Shown here: positions 61,154 through 64,000 of the stretch, piece after piece
How the letters are laid out: each line of letters starts with the position of its first letter
How positions within the stretch are numbered: position 1 is the stretch's first letter
NCBI GenBank assembly: GCA_044220955.1
Contig: JBGAQA010000019.1
Span: forward strand, 26,618-90,617
Direction: 5' to 3'
DNA from: Sandaracinaceae bacterium
Lineage (GTDB): Bacteria; Myxococcota_A; Polyangia; Polyangiales; Sandaracinaceae
Length of the DNA: 64,000 nucleotides
Position numbers and translations under genes: made by a program
Notes under the pieces: model-generated
Seen by the model: the letters and a program-made list of their open reading frames with translations, nothing else
What the model was told of the DNA's origin: nothing
Database searches by the model: none

Positions 61154-63879
61154 TGGCTCGCGCGCTCTCGCTCGCGCTCGCGCTCTCGCTCTCGCTCCCG
61201 TGTCTCGCGCGCGCCCAGGACGAGTCGACCGCCGCGGCGGCCCTCGCGCACGGGGCGCTCGACGAGGCCGCGAGCGGCTACCGGGCGCTCGGCGGGGCCA
61301 GCGGGCACGTCGGCCTGGGTCGAGTCGCCATGCTTCGGGGCGCCTACGACGAGGCCGCCGCCGAGGCGCGCCTGGCGGGCGAGGGCACCGACGCGCAGAC
61401 CCTGCTCGGCGAGGCTCTCGCCGCGCGCGGGCAGCTCGACGAGGCGGAGGCCGCGCTGCGGACCGTCGCCGATCGGCCCGAGGCGCACCGGGCACGCGTG
61501 ATGCTCGCCCGCGTGCTCGTCCGCCGTTCGCGAACCGCGGAGGCTCGCCCGCTCCTGATGGCGCTCGTCCACGCCTACAACGACCACACGATCGCGAGCA
61601 CCGACGCCGAGGGGCTCGCCTACGTCGGGATGGCGACCGCGATGCTCGGCTCGGCGCACGACGCGAACGACGCGTTCACCGCGAGCGCTCGCGTCGACCG
61701 AGGTCGCGTCGAGACCGAGCTCGAGTGGGCCGAGCTCTTCCTCGCGCACGACGACGCCGGCCACGCCGAGGAGTGCATCCGGGACGCGCTCGCGACGAGC
61801 CCACACGACGCCCGAGCCCGCGCGCTGCTCGCGCGCATCGTGCTGGCGCAGAGCTGGGACTTCGGAGCCGCGCGCGACGCGCTCGACGAGGCCCTCGCCG
61901 TCAACCCGTCGCTCGTGCCCGCGTACGTGACCCTCGCAGGCCTGGCCATCCGCGACGAGGACTACGTGACCGCCGACCGGCGCCTCGACGAGGCGCTCGC
62001 GATCGACCCGGTCGATCTCGAGGCGCTCTCGGTCCGCGCCGCCCTGCGCTTCGTGGCCTCCGACTCGCGCAGCTTCGAGCGTGCGCTGACCGCCGTCCTG
62101 AGCGTGAGCCCCGGCTACTCGACCGCTTACAGCATCGTCGCGGACTACGCGGACTGGGCGCACCGCTACGAGGAGATCATCGCCCTCGCGCGCAGAGCTC
62201 TCGCGCTCGATCCCCACGACGCCCGCGCCGAGGCGACGCTCGGCGTCAACCTGCTCCGCCGCGGCGACGAAGAAGAGGGCCTCGCCGCGCTACGGGGGGC
62301 GTTCTCGCGCGACCACTTCAACGTCCGCGTCTTCAACCTGCTGCGCCTCTTCGAGGGCCCGCTCGCCCGGGAGTACGAGACGTTCGAGAGCGCCCCCTTC
62401 GTGTTCCGCATGCACCGGGGGGAGCGCGCTCTGCTCGAGCGCTACGTCCCGCGGACGCTCGCTGCCGCGTACGGCGACATGCGGCGGCGCTACCGCTTCA
62501 CGCCATCGGGCCCCGTCCACGTCGAGCTCTTCTCGACGCAGCAGCACTTCGCCGTCCGGACCACGGGCCTGCCCAGCCTCGGGGCGCAGGGCGTGTGCTT
62601 CGGGCGCGTGGTGACCGCCCTCTCGCCGCGGGGCGGCCCCTTCGACTGGGCCGAGATCACCACGCACGAGCTCTCGCACGTGTTCCACGTGCAGATGAGC
62701 CACGGCCGCGTCCCGAGGTGGTTCACCGAAGGGCTCGCCGAGCACGAGACGACGCTCGCCCGACCGAGCTGGCGCCGCGAGGACGACTACCGCCTCTACC
62801 GCGCGCTCGCGCAGGGCGCCTTCCCGCCCATCCGCGATCTCAGCTTCGCCTTCACGCACGCGCGCTCCGCGGACGCGATGCTCACGGCGTACTACGGGGC
62901 GTGGCGCGTGGTCGCCTACCTCGACCAGCGCTTCGGATTCGCGGTCCTTCCGCGGATGCTGCGCGAGTGGGGGCGCGGGCGGCCGACGGCGGACGTGTTC
63001 CGCCGGGTGCTGCACGTGAGCGCGGACGACGTGGACCGTGACTTCCGAGCCGCCGAGCTGACGCGGCTCGCGCACCTCGCGGCCGACTTCGCGATCGACA
63101 CGTCCGGCGCAGACGACCTCGCGACGACTCGCGAGCGCGCACGCCTCGACGCGACGGACGCGAGCGCGCAGGCGGCGCTGGCCGCCGCCGAGCTCGCCAG
63201 CGGCCACGGGCTGGAAGCGCTCGCCGCCGCGCAAGCGAGCCTCGCCCTCGCGCCGAGCGACCCGACCGCGCGCTTCGTCCTCGCGCGCCTGGCCCTCGAG
63301 AGGGGGGACGGCACGGAGGCCGAGACGCAGCTCCAAGCACTGCGCGAGGGCGGGCGCGACGGCTACGACGTCGAGGTGCTCGTCGCAGGCGCGGCGATGC
63401 TCCGCCACGACGTGAGCGCCGCGCGGGCGGCGCTCGAGCGAGCGATCGCGATCGACGGGACGCGAGTCGACGCGCCGCACGCCCTGTTCACCCTCGCGAG
63501 CACCCCGCTGGACGCGCCGCTGCAGCTGCGCGAGGCGCGCCGGCTGGTGGAGCTCGACGAGCACGACCGCGACGCGCTCGCCGTGGTGCTCGACGCCCTC
63601 GACGCCAGCGGCGACACGGCGGGCCTCGACGCGCTGGTCGAGCGCTCGCTGACCACCGACCCCGAGCGCGCGCGCGGGCACGAGCTCCTGGCCCGCAGCT
63701 ACGCCCGCCGCGGCCGGCAGGCCGACGCCCTCTACGAGGCCGACACGTGGCTACTGCTCGCGCCCGAACGGGCGACGGAGATCCACGCGCTGCGCGCGAC
63801 GCTGCTGCGGGCGCTCCATCGCGAGCGGGAGGCGGTGGAAGCGGAGCGGCTCGCCGCCCCCGCGATGCCCACGCCCTGA
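61153..63879 (+). CDS. Secreted TPR protein with a central gluzincin (peptidase MA-like) domain
   Basis: Signal peptide; many TPR-like helices; THELSH...PRWFTEGLAE. Confidence 0.85.
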   Translation: MARALSLALALSLSLPCLARAQDESTAAAALAHGALDEAASGYRALGGASGHVGLGRVAMLRGAYDEAAAEARLAGEGTDAQTLLGEALAARGQLDEAEAALRTVADRPEAHRARVMLARVLVRRSRTAEARPLLMALVHAYNDHTIASTDAEGLAYVGMATAMLGSAHDANDAFTASARVDRGRVETELEWAELFLAHDDAGHAEECIRDALATSPHDARARALLARIVLAQSWDFGAARDALDEALAVNPSLVPAYVTLAGLAIRDEDYVTADRRLDEALAIDPVDLEALSVRAALRFVASDSRSFERALTAVLSVSPGYSTAYSIVADYADWAHRYEEIIALARRALALDPHDARAEATLGVNLLRRGDEEEGLAALRGAFSRDHFNVRVFNLLRLFEGPLAREYETFESAPFVFRMHRGERALLERYVPRTLAAAYGDMRRRYRFTPSGPVHVELFSTQQHFAVRTTGLPSLGAQGVCFGRVVTALSPRGGPFDWAEITTHELSHVFHVQMSHGRVPRWFTEGLAEHETTLARPSWRREDDYRLYRALAQGAFPPIRDLSFAFTHARSADAMLTAYYGAWRVVAYLDQRFGFAVLPRMLREWGRGRPTADVFRRVLHVSADDVDRDFRAAELTRLAHLAADFAIDTSGADDLATTRERARLDATDASAQAALAAAELASGHGLEALAAAQASLALAPSDPTARFVLARLALERGDGTEAETQLQALREGGRDGYDVEVLVAGAAMLRHDVSAARAALERAIAIDGTRVDAPHALFTLASTPLDAPLQLREARRLVELDEHDRDALAVVLDALDASGDTAGLDALVERSLTTDPERARGHELLARSYARRGRQADALYEADTWLLLAPERATEIHALRATLLRALHREREAVEAERLAAPAMPTP

Positions 63880-63924
63880 TGCCGTCGATCTCGCTCACGC
63901 GCGCGCGCCCTCGCCCGCGCGCGC

Positions 63925-64000
63925 GCCCTCGCCCTCGCCCTCGCCCTCGCCCTCGCCCTCGCCCTCGCCCTCGCCCTCGCCCTCGCCCTCGCCCTCGCCC
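63925..64000. repeat. (GCCCTC)n hexamer microsatellite running off the window end
   Basis: At least 12 perfect copies. Confidence 0.95.

Overview
Very GC-rich bacterial chromosomal DNA, most consistent with a myxobacterium (Myxococcota, Polyangiales/Sandaracinaceae-like). Support for that call: a MYXO-CTERM-type sorting tail, Cys-rich secreted proteins and eukaryote-like Ser/Thr kinases. The window is mostly core genome: gap-pgk-tpiA-secG, rpmB-rluA, rpmI-rplT-pheS-pheT-ihfA-merR-tRNA(Pro)-surE-apt-tRNA(Arg), pepP, pfkA, a heterodimeric ABC exporter and a divergent citrate-synthase pair. Many uncharacterised secreted proteins and lipoproteins lie between these. I see no integrase, transposase, prophage, CRISPR array or rRNA. 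The best leads are: (1) a translationally coupled pair of a secreted protein with a TIMP/NTR-like pattern and a prodomain-less matrixin (MMP-like) protease; (2) repeated TANNNT-N5-7-start arrangements suggesting widespread leaderless mRNAs; (3) a sigma54-driven, terminator-bounded 68-aa orphan gene; (4) an HTH-citrate-synthase fusion with candidate operator repeats; (5) a MerR-TPR operon; (6) an isolated DUF2971-like gene; (7) hexamer microsatellites at the 5' ends of envelope-protein genes. All product calls come from motif recognition by eye; no database searches were run.
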